From Octopus bimaculoides (taxonomy: Eukaryota), in the NCBI RefSeq assembly GCF_001194135.2, contig NC_068987.1:68514307-68560467 (forward strand): 46,161 nucleotides of DNA. Direction: 5' to 3'. The position numbers and the translations under genes were made by a program. Each line of letters starts with the position of its first letter. Within the stretch, counting starts at the first letter, position 1. The notes beneath the pieces are model-generated. The model did not search any database, had not been told where the DNA came from, and saw only the letters and a list, made by a program, of their open reading frames with translations. This document shows, in pieces, positions 1 to 14,424 of the stretch.

Positions 1-95
1 AAGTATATGAAGGTTTATGGGAAAATAACTAAATGTATGTAAATTCTATACACATAATGCATTCAATATTTATGTGTACATATGAACAGAAGAGC

Positions 96-96
96 G

Positions 97-174
<78 letters not shown>

Positions 175-264
175 TATACACACATAGATACATAAACTCA
201 TACACACACATGTATGTATGTGTATATATGTGTGTATGTGTTTGCAAGCATATATATGCATTCT

Positions 265-296
<32 letters not shown>

Positions 297-315
297 GGGA
301 GAGAGAGAGAGAGAG
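96..315. repeat. Compound (CA)n/(TA)n/(GA)n microsatellite
   Basis: Direct reading. Confidence 0.95.
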
Positions 316-713
316 TAAAGGAAAGTGATGGCTAAATAGTTAAGAATACTCCATCGTGAACGTGAGCTCCTCTGTCCGATTTGCAACATGGTATCTTAAA
401 TATGTATTATTTTTGTTTTAAGATAACGGAGCGCCCGACACCTTAGAGTGAATTTGGGTTTCAGGGGAAATCGAGGAAGTTCGTTGAATGTACAGTATCT
501 GTATCTCAATGTACAGTTTTTGCCACACACACTGTAATGCTTGCTCTGCAGGAGATTTACATTAAGGGTGAAAAGGTTAGAGGGAATATTCACTCATTAA
601 TACTATACAATTCAATGCAATACTCATCGGGAAAACCGATGGTGATCCATGTAGTTTTATTTCGTGTGTGTGAGTTCATGTTTGTGTGTGTTCATGTATA
701 TGTATGTGTGTGT

Positions 714-759
<46 letters not shown>

Positions 760-1289
760 TCATGTATGTGTGTGTGTTTATGGTTGAACATATATGTATG
801 TGAATAGTTATATCAATGTATTGATCTATCTGAGATGAATTCATGATATACTACAAACTAATTAAAATAGATATTCTATTACATGTCACTGCGTAGAAAT
901 GTGAATGCTACATAGGTTTGTATGCGCTGATGTGAGATGTTTGTATTCATGTATGTGTGCATGTGTGTTTATGTGTGTATGTATGTGTGTGTGTGTCTGT
1001 GTGTTTATCTGTGCTTCCGTGCGCGTGTATTGGATTGGTGGTACAAACCAAAGAAATGGAACTCAATACAAAAGAAGAGCTCATATATCTATTTGATAGT
1101 TGCATAAAGCTACATAACTGACTCAAATTTCAATCAAACGAGCTTGAACAAAATTTGATAAGTGCGTCCGCAGGAAACTTTTGGTTATTGAAACCCAGGC
1201 GTAGCTTCATAAATAAATGCAAACACCGTCATACAAATATGCGCACAGACACATGCACATCACATTGATGTGCTGGAAGAAGTGCAACG

Positions 1290-1352
<63 letters not shown>

Positions 1353-1482
1353 NNNNNNNNNNNNNNNNNNNNNNNNNNNNNNNNNNNNNNNNNNNNNNNN
1401 NNNNNNNNNNNNNNNNNNNNNNNNNNNNNNNNNNNNNNNNNNNNNNNNNNNNNNNNNNNNNNNNNNNNNNNNNNNNNNNNNN

Positions 1483-1525
<43 letters not shown>

Positions 1526-3651
1526 TCAAAAGTTAATGCACAATACAAAATTTATAGCAAACTTCACGAAAATGTCACAATATCAGTATAGATTTCTGCT
1601 ATCCACTCAAATCTTTTAAAAATCAAATTAATGTCATCAAATTTTCCAGCCTTTCATGAAACCAAGAATTCTTCAATAATGTGTCTCCTACTACAATAGT
1701 GCACTAAATTCTATTTGTTTCTGGTCCTGAAGGGGACCAGATGTCAGTGTTATATATGTGATATTGCTATAAGTGATTATCGAAGTTTGTGATAGCTAAA
1801 CTGCGTGGCGACTTTCAAGCGTTTTAGGTGTGTATTGTTCATAATCAAAAGAATCAGACTACGTGCATGTTTCCTTTATAATATTACATTTGTTATTGTG
1901 TAGCCCCAGATCAACCTTAATCGAGCAGACAAATATGTTTAATTATAGTGTGACTAGGACAACAATGTCTAATATGTTCTTATTTCTAAATCATTATGGA
2001 TTAATATATATTTAGACAAAATTTTCTGAGAGTTATATCATAGACAGAAGAGTTACTGCTTAATATCCTTTCTCAATTACTGTACAGTATGCCTTCTAAG
2101 AGGGAAAATAAATAGTCACTCAAGCTACGTAGCTGTAATTAGGTACCTTATTGAAGTAAAATCACTCTAATGTCGACTATATGAGCAACATTTAACTAAC
2201 AAGTGTTCCGATTGTTTGCAATTCGACTAATGTTGTAGATAAGCCATTATAAAACTCTCTGACAACATGTGTCTTTTTCAAGAACTTTAGCTGAGTATGG
2301 CAAAATAGCTATAATCAGAAATCGAGAATCATTCCACATTACGCAACTCTCAACAGGACGTCAAAAGAAATCCCAGTGCCGCATTTGATTTCTTCCATGA
2401 GAAAATTTGTATTGTGCCTGATGTAGTAATCGCCATTATGAATACGTGTATTTCAATAAATCATACAGTTCTTGCCGCTTTCTGGTTTGACAAATACATT
2501 ATTTCTTCTCTTTTAGCGGCATTAAACAAACCCTATGTTTTATATGAATGCAACAAGGCACATTACAAACATAAACTTACAATTTATAAGATTATTTTCA
2601 GTAACTTGAAGTCCTGTTCAGGCGGGAAGAACCATGAAACTAACTTGCTAACTTTCAAATCATATCCAATACCAAATACTACTAAACTAAAAGGTCATTG
2701 TTGCTGGCATATTGCTATTGTGAAACAGAGATAACCTCTCTATGTGAGAGAAGCGTCGAAAGCAACAAGCTTGTAATATTGAGTAACATGGTTCTGTCAG
2801 ATAGTTGAATGGGATTAATAACTGAATCGAAGAATATGTGCAAAAGACTTGAAGTAACTGAATAATTTCAATTTAGACAGAACTTATTTTGAGATAAGGC
2901 ATTCAATGGTGAAATGAAATTCGATAGTTATATGGCTTTCTTCAGAGACTAGGAAGGAAACGGAATTGTCAGGATTCTTCATTGTGGAATCCAAGTACAG
3001 TCAGTCAGCCAATCAGTCGGAGATTTGTTTACATCATTTAAACACTATTAAGAGTTATGATACTTATTCAGTCAGCACCACATTTTTCACCAAATTTTTA
3101 AGAACTATTTGTTACATGTATTTTGGCAAAAACCTCAAACATACGAACAATAAATATATTCCTTTCTTTCTCTCCATTGGTCGATGTCTCCAATCGAGAG
3201 TACATAAGTGATTACTACGGTGAGTGAATAAAAAGGACAGAAAGAAAACTAGTCATAACTGCTACGTCACTGTAGAATGTTTCACCTAATGGCCTCTTAA
3301 AACATGGGCTCAAAGGGCAGTTACTAGGAGGCTTAACGAGTCTAGGAGGATCAATGCTAACCTACGTTTGTTGCAGTTGTGCATATAGTCCCAGTGTATT
3401 GCATTGCTCAGGGGCTTATAATATATACTTTATATATATATATACTTAACTCCTTCTCTGAGTCCAGAGCACCATGAACAAAATAACATAGCTATTGCTA
3501 AATCATGTTTCATAAGTAGTCACTAGAATATGCCAACGCCGAAGTAGCGTTTTAAGCGTGTGAGAGAGTGAGTGTACACATACATACACACGCACATACA
3601 TGTATATATATACATAAACACACAGACACACACATATATTTATACATATAT

Positions 3652-3683
<32 letters not shown>

Positions 3684-3696
3684 GTATATATATATG

Positions 3697-3755
<59 letters not shown>

Positions 3756-4302
3756 NNNNNNNNNNNNNNNNNNNNNNNNNNNNNNNNNNNNNNNNNNNNN
3801 NNNNNNNNNNNNNNNNNNNNNNNNNNNNNNNNNNNNNNNNNNNNNNNNNNNNNNNNNNNNNNNNNNNNNNNNNNNNNNNNNNNNNNNNNNNNNNNNNNNN
3901 NNNNNNNNNNNNNNNNNNNNNNNNNNNNNNNNNNNNNNNNNNNNNNNNNNNNNNNNNNNNNNNNNNNNNNNNNNNNNNNNNNNNNNNNNNNNNNNNNNNN
4001 NNNNNNNNNNNNNNNNNNNNNNNNNNNNNNNNNNNNNNNNNNNNNNNNNNNNNNNNNNNNNNNNNNNNNNNNNNNNNNNNNNNNNNNNNNNNNNNNNNNN
4101 NNNNNNNNNNNNNNNNNNNNNNNNNNNNNNNNNNNNNNNNNNNNNNNNNNNNNNNNNNNNNNNNNNNNNNNNNNNNNNNNNNNNNNNNNNNNNNNNNNNN
4201 NNNNNNNNNNNNNNNNNNNNNNNNNNNNNNNNNNNNNNNNNNNNNNNNNNNNNNNNNNNNNNNNNNNNNNNNNNNNNNNNNNNNNNNNNNNNNNNNNNNN
4301 NN

Positions 4303-4365
<63 letters not shown>

Positions 4366-4404
4366 GAATGTATGTATGTATGTATGTGTATGTATGTATG
4401 ACAT

Positions 4405-4545
4405 TTTGAATCCGCTCCACATGACTTAAGGTTTCATAGGCGCATAGGATATGACCATCTCGTTAAATATTCGGAGGCAGAGATGAACATGTCCTGCGCG
4501 TCGACGAAGCATTTACTGGATGAAGCGAAGTCAAACTATTATTAA
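4405..4545 (+). mobile_element. Possible fragment of the same R4/Dong-like LINE family
   Basis: gaacatgtcctgcgcgtcgacga resembles gagaacaatatcctacgcgtcgacag at about 44512-44538; with one frameshift the translations are ExN(N)VLRVDE versus EENNILRVDS. Confidence 0.3.
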
Positions 4546-5128
4546 ATGCATAAATAGATGCAACTCCAATCAAATGTCTTGAGTGCTACTTGCGCTTCTT
4601 CATTAACGCGTGTACAAACACACACCACACACACACACATATATATATTTATAGACACACATACACATACATATATATACACACACACACATGTATTTAT
4701 ACACACATATAGATACACATACATATATCTATAACTATCTATCTATGACTATCTATCTATCTATCCATGTTTACGTATGTATGTATGCACGCACTCAAAT
4801 ATGTATGCATTGATGTACGAGTGCCTGTACGTAGGGATGAATATATGTGTGTAAAGAGATTTCTACATAAGTTTTGCATTCTCTGTTTATATATTTGTTC
4901 ATTCATAATCGATTTTTTTTTTCATGTTAGTTCCTGCCACACCTTATCTACTGCCTTCAATGGACAACGAATATAGATAGTTATGGCATTCCAATGCAAC
5001 TCAAATGAAAACTTGAATAAAATTCTAAAATACAATCCAATATTGTATAGATGTCATCTTCTTGGCAAGTTCCCTTGTGGCTATGTATTGATTGTCGTTT
5101 CCCAGAAGTAAGATAGATATCTAGATAT

Positions 5129-5206
<78 letters not shown>

Positions 5207-5440
5207 GTACACACACACACATGCACACACACACACACACATATATATACATGCGTTTGTGTCTAAAATTATAAGAGTATAATTGTGTGTTTCTATGTGT
5301 ATATATGTACATATATTAACCCACATGGTTACCCACATATATCTATTGTGCAAGATATGAAATATAATGATAGAAACGCAATAAAACACATTTTATATCT
5401 CTTATTCTTGCGATATATCTATATCTATCTGTATGTGTGC

Positions 5441-5487
<47 letters not shown>

Positions 5488-6269
5488 CACATGGATGTAC
5501 TCATGGATATACATATATATACATATACACATACATATATTCATTTGTATATACATCTACATATATATGAATAAATAGATGAAACTATATATCTGTGTAT
5601 GTATGTATATATGTATATATATATATATGTTTTGGTTAGTTGGATGGGTTGGGTGTGAGTAAGATCTGTATTAGCGAATTAGAGCTAGGGAGACAGAAAG
5701 TGTAAGAGACGGGAAGAGAAGCGGAATGCATAGTATAAGATTATTAACGTCTCTACCTTGCACCAATATATAATTGCATACAGAGATACATTCTTATAAT
5801 ATATTTCCTTCTACACAACATAAGACAATGCGTATGATGTTTAAATTAACATATGAGACATTTCATGACGAACAGTGCATGCATTTCAATATGTAATATG
5901 CATATATATATGCGTGCAGGTTTCCATGCTTACATACAAACAAGTATCCACGTTTTTTTGAATATAGCGAATCATATGAGATTGCGTGTGTTGGGAAGAA
6001 GCGTTGTGTCCGTAAAGATAAAAACCTAATACCCAACAACTTGTTGCATCTTTGACATCATACACAGTATGGGAGGGAATATTACAGAACCATATAGGCT
6101 TCATTATCCACTGCTATAACCAGATCAGGCCAGAAGACTAATCATGAAGGACAATTTCGAATCTCGGTCATCTTTCACACATATATATATGTGCATATAT
6201 ATATGCATGTATGTATATTTTTGTGTACATACAGACTTAAATACGTTTGCATACATATATATGTGTGTA

Positions 6270-6329
<60 letters not shown>

Positions 6330-7294
6330 NNNNNNNNNNNNNNNNNNNNNNNNNNNNNNNNNNNNNNNNNNNNNNNNNNNNNNNNNNNNNNNNNNNNNNN
6401 NNNNNNNNNNNNNNNNNNNNNNNNNNNNNNNNNNNNNNNNNNNNNNNNNNNNNNNNNNNNNNNNNNNNNNNNNNNNNNNNNNNNNNNNNNNNNNNNNNNN
6501 NNNNNNNNNNNNNNNNNNNNNNNNNNNNNNNNNNNNNNNNNNNNNNNNNNNNNNNNNNNNNNNNNNNNNNNNNNNNNNNNNNNNNNNNNNNNNNNNNNNN
6601 NNNNNNNNNNNNNNNNNNNNNNNNNNNNNNNNNNNNNNNNNNNNNNNNNNNNNNNNNNNNNNNNNNNNNNNNNNNNNNNNNNNNNNNNNNNNNNNNNNNN
6701 NNNNNNNNNNNNNNNNNNNNNNNNNNNNNNNNNNNNNNNNNNNNNNNNNNNNNNNNNNNNNNNNNNNNNNNNNNNNNNNNNNNNNNNNNNNNNNNNNNNN
6801 NNNNNNNNNNNNNNNNNNNNNNNNNNNNNNNNNNNNNNNNNNNNNNNNNNNNNNNNNNNNNNNNNNNNNNNNNNNNNNNNNNNNNNNNNNNNNNNNNNNN
6901 NNNNNNNNNNNNNNNNNNNNNNNNNNNNNNNNNNTTGGTTCTTTCTTTCTTTTTCTTTTCTTCCTTTTTTTGTCACTTTTGCTATGAATTAAATTAATGA
7001 ATTCAACGGGATACACCGTCTGCAAGTAGTTGGGTTCAGCATATTATCCTTCATTTTCTAATTGTTACACAAATTTTGGGTAAAACCGCCACTTTTACCC
7101 GCTCCCATTGATTGCACCTAGTATAGCACTAGTGTAGCAATAATTGGGTACCCTCCCAGCAGTATACTGGATAGATACTATCCCTTAGTGGGTTGAACCC
7201 CCAACCCCTAACTCTCTCACGTTATATATATATATATATATATATACACGCGTGCATGTGTATGTATGTGTATGCATATATGAATTGATACTAT

Positions 7295-7590
7295 CAAGGC
7301 TAAATAGTTTAGGATTCCGCCTTGCAATCATGAATTCCTGTATAACTCTATCTTATTTTGGGCAAACGTTGTTCGCTATAAGAAATTTTCTTTTAATTGT
7401 TTTAAGAGAAAGATGTTGAAGCCATACGGATGGACTCTACTTGTAAATCAAAACCTCAGGCTAGTCACAAACTATGTCACGATAATTCTGCTTGAGAATT
7501 ACGTTAAATATTGCTGAGTCTGTGGTGTACTCGACCATTTGCATCTATAACTGAATAAATGAAAGAATCAGCATTGAAATCGGTATAGAT
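7295..7590 (+). mobile_element. Old, diverged SINE with family-A-like tail
   Basis: gtcacaaactatgtcacgataattctgcttgagaattacgttaaatattgctgagtctgtggtgtactcgaccatttgcatc aligns by eye to family A gtcacactgtgtcacgctgaatatccccgagaactacgttaagggtacacgtgtctgtggagtgctcagccacttgcacg; degenerate head upstream. Confidence 0.55.
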
Positions 7591-7757
7591 CCATCTATAT
7601 ACGTTTAGCTACAATATATGCTTGCAAATATTGTATGTGCAAATGATGTGTGCACATATGTATAATTGAGTTTGTGTATGTTTGTATGTATTTATTCATG
7701 TATCCGAGAATGTATGTGACGCATACAGATTGTTTGTTACGCATATAGGTAGCTATA

Positions 7758-7856
7758 TATGCCTGAGTGTGAGCGTATATATGATTACGTATGCCTGAGT
7801 GTGAGCGTATATATGATTACGTATGCCTGAGTGTGAGCGTATATATGATTACGTAT
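7758..7856. repeat. 32-bp minisatellite, 3 copies (tatgcctgagtgtgagcgtatatatgattacg)
   Basis: gcctgag recurs at 7761, 7793 and 7825; units are identical. Confidence 0.95.
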
Positions 7857-8034
7857 CATGCGTATGTATGTTACATTCAATGGTTTTAAGTATAAAAACA
7901 CGTTTTTTTTCACCTTTTCAAATAAATTTCTATCGTTAAAACTAAAGATCGAGTGGTAAATACGGGAAGCACAAAAAGAAAAGAATAAAGATAATAAAAT
8001 AATCATAAATTATATACATATGTGTGCGTGCGTG

Positions 8035-8089
<55 letters not shown>

Positions 8090-8466
8090 NNNNNNNNNNN
8101 NNNNNNNNNNNNNNNNNNNNNNNNNNNNNNNNNNNNNNNNNNNNNNNNNNNNNNNNNNNNNNNNNNNNNNNNNNNNNNNNNNNNNNNNNNNNNNNNNNNN
8201 NNNNNNNNNNNNNNNNNNNNNNNNNNNNNNNNNNNNNNNNNNNNNNNNNNNNNNNNNNNNNNNNNNNNNNNNNNNNNNNNNNNNNNNNNNNNNNNNNNNN
8301 NNNNNNNNNNNNNNNNNNNNNNNNNNNNNNNNNNNNNNNNNNNNNNNNNNNNNNNNNNNNNNNNNNNNNNATATATACATATATATATATACATATATAT
8401 ATATATACATATATATATATACATATATATATATATACATATATATATATACATATATATATATAC

Positions 8467-8499
<33 letters not shown>

Positions 8500-8617
8500 C
8501 ATATATACATATATATATGTATGTGTGTATATATATATATACACACATACATATATATATATACATACAAACATATATACATACATACATACATATATAT
8601 ATGTATGTATATGTGTA

Positions 8618-8679
<62 letters not shown>

Positions 8680-9141
8680 TACATGCACACATACGTATAC
8701 GCATACATACGTATGAAACTGATAAAGGAATTTAAAAAGAAACGAAAGCTTAACAAAAGAAATTTAGAAACGTAGAATAAGTGTGAAAGTGTGTGTGTGT
8801 AAAAATGTGTGAAATTTTCTGCGTGTGCGACTGTGTGAAATATTTCTCATTCTACAAGGAGCGAATAAGTATTTATAAGTATTTGTTTTGAGAATGTATG
8901 TATATCTGTGAGGAGCTGGGTTGGAGGCAAATATTGTATATATGCGTGGTTTAAAATTTTTTTTTTTTTATAGATTTACTATGTATTGACAAATATGTGT
9001 ATGTATGTATGTATGTGTATATGTGTGTGCGTTTATATGGAGGGGGCTATTAAGCATGCGTGTATGTATCCGTGCGACTGTTAGATTTAAAGTGAAGGCC
9101 AATAGTCATTTCATAGATAGATAGAGGGATTGAGGGAGGGT

Positions 9142-9345
<204 letters not shown>

Positions 9346-11202
9346 TAAAGGTTGAGTTTATACGATATACATAGAAAAAGAAGAGTGAGACAGCGCAAGA
9401 ATAATAGAATAACAGACACAGAGAGAAAGATAGAGAGAGGGAAAGAGGAGGCGAGAGGGCGTTGAATGGTCATACACACATATAAATACATTATGAAGTT
9501 AATAACACCTTCATGAAGATCTACACCAGAAGGAAAGGTGAAATAAGGATGTGTAAATTGTATGCCTTTGTGTTGTACTTAAGGACATTTTCAATGTGAA
9601 GGTATGGAGTTAGCTACAGCCTCGTTTCAGCCTTTAATGGCTAAAACATACTAAAGGACTGCGACAGCCAATGTTTAATATTACAATTTCAAACATATCC
9701 AAGGAAGAGCTGCCAATGGCCGGCCACCTTATTCACACAACCTGTAGAAATAGTAGCCAATTCTATTGGATTATCCTTCATGATGAAGGATATATTGTAT
9801 AATGTAGTTCTAGATATAAATCGTGACAATTTTGCCAGTGCTAGAAGTTGTCGACCATAAGTCTGTTCGTTCATGACTGAACAGCAAAAGTAACCGACAA
9901 TATTTCCAAGACACTTTGATTTGCTATCACCTCGCTAATACTACTGTGCTCTATTGCAGGTTTTCTTAAGCAATTTGTTTTCTCACTTCCGGATGGCAAC
10001 TAAACACTACTTCAGGGTCATCAAAAAAGTCTTTATGGGAATTCGGTGAACAATACCTTCGTTGATTACAGATTTCCATAAGAGTAGCTCACTGCATCTC
10101 TGATATGCTTATGTATCTAGGCACGTGAAGGGCAGCTACCGCCACGTAATCTCACTATAGGTTCGAAGCCGAGACATTTTGGTTGTAAAGTGAAGCGAAA
10201 TACTTAACCACGCAGCCATACCAGCACCCATAATTACATTAATTTATCAATCTACCGCCTTACTAGAATTCTATCCAACCCTCTTACATCATAAGCTTCT
10301 CCCTCTCTCTAGCACACTTTATCCACTGTAGTTCTACTTTCACTTTCCTTAAACATTTTCCATCTATTTCTGCATACATAGACACTTTCTTTAACAACAC
10401 TATCTCAGCCAGCCTCACTCACTCCATCTCTCTTGTTCGATCTATCTACTTCTCCATACACACTTATATATAAGCACATATAAAACGCATATACAGACTA
10501 CATCTATATCTGTCTGTTTCTCATTCACACTCATCAAGTCTACTCTCTAAGCGTATCAGCTGAACCAAAATATTTCTCTCGGCTGTCGAGGCCCCGTGGT
10601 TCGGTTTTGATGTGTGAGACAGAAGAAGCAAAGAGGAAATGGTAGGTTGGTGTGTGGTGTGACGAAGAGATGGAAGGTTATCAAAGAAATTCTTTATGAA
10701 CAGTAAGAAAGATAAAAGAAGAGATGAGAAATCAAACAGAAGAGGAAAAAATATATATAGCGGTATACATACATGCATACACACACACACACACATATAC
10801 ATACATATGCGTGTATGTATACAGTCAGATTTTTGTATATAAATTTACATATATATACAGACCTGAGCATACAAGTACACGTAGGTAATACTATAGATCA
10901 AATATATATATATATACCTCGTGTATATATGCAGACATAAAGATATATGTACACGTATACACTATATGTATGTACAAGTGTGCACGTGCGCTATTGAATA
11001 TATATATGCATATGCACATAAATGGTGTGTGTATATGTATTTATATATATATTTATATATACACACACACATATATTTATGCATATGTATATGAATATAC
11101 GTATATATANNNNNNNNNNNNNNNNNNNNNNNNNNNNNNNNNNNNNNNNNNNNNNNNNNNNNNNNNNNNNNNNNNNNNNNNNNNNNNNNNNNNNNNNNNN
11201 NN

Positions 11203-11239
<37 letters not shown>

Positions 11240-11624
11240 TTATGTTTGTGTGTGTGTATGCGTGTATGTTTGTAAATACACCTGTAATCTCAAATAACTG
11301 CAATATATGCAAGTCAACTTAAATATGCCTGTTTTTTGATGTGTTTGCAAATATCTCAATGTAAGAATGAAATACCACATACATACACACACACTCACAG
11401 ACACATACATGTATATGCGAGTGTGTATACGCATAATCAATATGCATATACATTTTCTTTCCCACGCACATATATATATGTATATGCGTTTGTGTATACT
11501 CTATACACAAACACACACACACACACACATGTATGTATGCATGTATGTATGTATGTAGGTTGTTAGGTATGTATGTAAAGGTATATATACACCTATATGT
11601 TTATATCTAGATATAGAAATTCTA

Positions 11625-11669
<45 letters not shown>

Positions 11670-12254
11670 CATATACGCCTATACAGGCATACATGTATAT
11701 ATGCACAGACACAAAGATACATATACATACTTTCGTAAATGCATCCACACCCACATTGAAATACAGTATGGGTATCTCGTTTAGTGTGGTACCATCTAAA
11801 ATACAAATTTGCATACGTAACCAAAACACGCACACTTTATTTGCATAAGCCGCTGTGTATTCATATATGTATACATATACAAATCTAAAACTTTTCTATT
11901 GTGCTCGTCGAATATGTGTGCGTATGCGTGTGTGAATTTGCTGATAACTACATAATACAAATGCACAGACAATATATATATGTGTGTGTTTGTGTATGTG
12001 TAATGCATATGTCTGTGCGTGTATTTATGTGTATGTATATGCGAATGCACACACACACAAACACACATGCATACATGCATACATGCATACATCCATACAT
12101 TTACACATGTTCACATTAGTACTTTTGCCTCTTTCCCCAGCCTGTAACACCTCATGTTTCCTGCAAGTATGTGCAGAGAAAACAAATTTCAAAGCAGTAA
12201 CCAACAGACTAACCAGTTGCCGACAGATAAGCTTTCTCCTAGGCCATTATTATT

Positions 12255-12331
12255 AATATGGCGGTTGCTTTCAACGTGGTATCGGCTGCTACACACGTTC
12301 GCAAAGTTACTATGGCAACTGCAGCCATTTT
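12255..12331. promoter_or_regulatory. Two YY1-like motifs (AATATGGCGG on +; AAAATGGCTG on -) flanking the X-box
   Basis: Match to the AANATGGC(G) consensus at about 12255-12264 and inverted at about 12322-12331. Motif match only. Confidence 0.3.
12306..12319. promoter_or_regulatory. RFX X-box motif GTTACTATGGCAAC
   Basis: 14-bp near-palindrome matching the X-box consensus GTNRCC/YN0-3RGYAAC, in unique non-repetitive sequence. Motif match only. Confidence 0.4.
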
Positions 12332-13789
12332 GCACGAACACCTATCGTCTGCGCCAACACGGATGTAGATAATATTGAATAGGTGGTGTATAGTAAGAGA
12401 AATGAAGTGAAAGGGTGCATGATGTCTGTGCATGTGTATGAGAGGGAGAAATAGGCAGTGTACTGTGTCTATATGTGTGAAAATACGACCTGAAGAAGGC
12501 GAAGCATGGGAAATAAGGAAGAAAGAGAGAGAAAAGAAGAGGAAGATGTTGTAGTGATGTTGCCAAGCTTATGTATTTATCAGGGATAAATTTAGTTTGA
12601 GAAATTTTTAGACTATTGAATTATTATTGCTGTTGTTTTCTTTCTTTTACTTTTGCTGTATTTGCTTTCTTCAATTCAACCAAGTCATTTTCTCTTTCGG
12701 CATCTTTCTTTTTGTCTATTTTTCATTTTCATTAGATCTTTTTAATTTTTTTATTTGTTTTCTGCAATTTTTCCTCATCTTTTCTTTACGTTCATTTTTT
12801 AATTTTTTTTATTTTTACAAGAATTTTTTATTTCTCTAATTTTTGAGTCGTCTTTCTGTATCTCTTCCTTTCATTATTTCTCTCTCCTCTACCACCAGCA
12901 CCACCACCGCATGCCTTCTTACATTCTGTCGATGTGGCTATTTTGATTTTCATGTTACCATCGTATTCTCTTCTCTCACTTCCTATTTTGTTTCCACTCG
13001 GTAGTTCCTATAGCCATTGTTGTTATTATTGTATTTGTTGTTGCTGTTCCTATGTTGTTGATTATGTCTATTTTTTCCCTTTCTTTTGTGTTTGTTGATG
13101 GCGTCTCCTTTTTATTACATTGTCAGATAGGAGGTGCAGTGCTGTTGCTGTTGTTGTAGATGTTGATTAACTCTGTGACAATCACGTTCCAGCATAATTC
13201 TGATGAAAGACGCTCCAGTTGTGACTCTCCAGTCTCACACATATATATTCAGAGGCATGCTTCCCAGAAAGGGAAAATCTCCCACACAATCAATTATGAA
13301 CCTTCGTTCTCACACCCCGCAAATTAATGTTAACAGCTGTTACCAAAAATTTAGAAGCCGATATATTGTGGACGTATGTCACTCAACAATGGTCCCACAA
13401 CTTTGAGAAACCCAGGTGGAGTAATGGTAATGCACTTCACTTGGCATCAACTAGGCATTTGACCATGATTAGCTTGTGTAACTCTTGGCTAAATTATAAG
13501 CTTATTGACACCATCCATCTCTCATCTCTTGGGCCGGAAAATTAGAGAAAGATTGTACCATTATAATATACACTAATGGAGTAATTTTTCTTTCTCTCCT
13601 ACTTCTCTCTCTCTCGCTCTCTCTCTTTCTTTCTCTAATGATCAAGTGAGACCTACGGAAGAATATTTCCTTTACATACAGTACCGTTCAACAGCAACTT
13701 ATACAGGCGTTCTATTAACCAAAATAAGGTCGAGTGTCAACGAAAAGGTACAAGCTATAAGTTTTTGCTGAACGTAATTTTCGTTCGGA

Positions 13790-13921
13790 TCATCCTTTTG
13801 TTTTATACTTATTGTTATAGAGTCTCCCCTTGATCGATATAAAGCCCCATCTGTTTGTGTGCTGTGTCTCGACCTTTGATATTGTCATCAATGTTTGGCT
13901 CTTGTGTCCAATAAAAGAAAT
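13790..13921 (+). mobile_element. LINE-like 3' terminus ending in AATAAAAGAAAT plus (CAT)n tail
   Basis: Shares the terminal aataaaagaaat with the inverted element at 15505 and is directly followed by a trinucleotide tail. Confidence 0.4.
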
Positions 13922-13968
13922 CATCATCATCATCATCATCATCATCGTCGTCGTCGTCGTCGTCGTCG

Positions 13969-14067
<99 letters not shown>
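13919..14067. repeat. Compound trinucleotide array (CAT)n-(CGT)n-(CAT)n-(TAT)n
   Basis: Direct reading. Confidence 0.97.
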
Positions 14068-14424
14068 GAAATCGATAGTATTTTTCGGGAGGGTCGATTT
14101 CTTCTGAAAAGAATAGCAGAAATATTAGATTTACTCAGACTTTATATAAAGAGTCCACTATAAGATGTGCAATTTCTTTAGAGACGGCGGAGATGTGAGC
14201 CGAAGGTTATGGTAAAGCCGGTACCTTGCTGTAAGATGAGATATGACCAGCAATGAAGACATTAAACAAGCCAATCAAAGCCGTTATCTTTAGAAACTGT
14301 GCTCACCGTTCAGTGAGCTTGCTCTAGTACGCAACAAAATACCGACGATGGGCATGAATTGATGACATTCTAATGGGTAGTATATGTATTTACTCAGTTA
14401 TTTCTTCTCTATGTGGTTGACAAT

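Noticed and set aside
1721-1742. GC-rich hairpin tctggtcc-tgaagg-ggaccaga as a Helitron 3' end
   Set aside because: It is not followed by a CTRR terminus on either strand; isolated 8-bp stems are expected by chance.
7758-7856. CRISPR-like repeat (32 bp x3)
   Set aside because: The units are contiguous with no spacers, the context is eukaryotic, and there are no cas genes.
10560-10641. Plus-strand exon candidate EPKYFSRLSRPRGSVLMCETEEAKRKW with tg|gtaggt
   Set aside because: The acceptor is mediocre, the PH-domain-like look of ETEEAKRKW is superficial, and there is no in-frame partner exon beyond an immediate stop at 12141; unresolved without RNA data.
12141-12166. 26-nt plus-strand micro-exon after a strong polypyrimidine AG
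   Set aside because: The donor (caa|gtatgt) is only moderate and no coherent gene model results; the acceptor is noted under the regulatory-island finding.
13159-13330. Open frames on both strands around 13.2 kb
   Set aside because: Short, without recognisable homology or strong donor sites.
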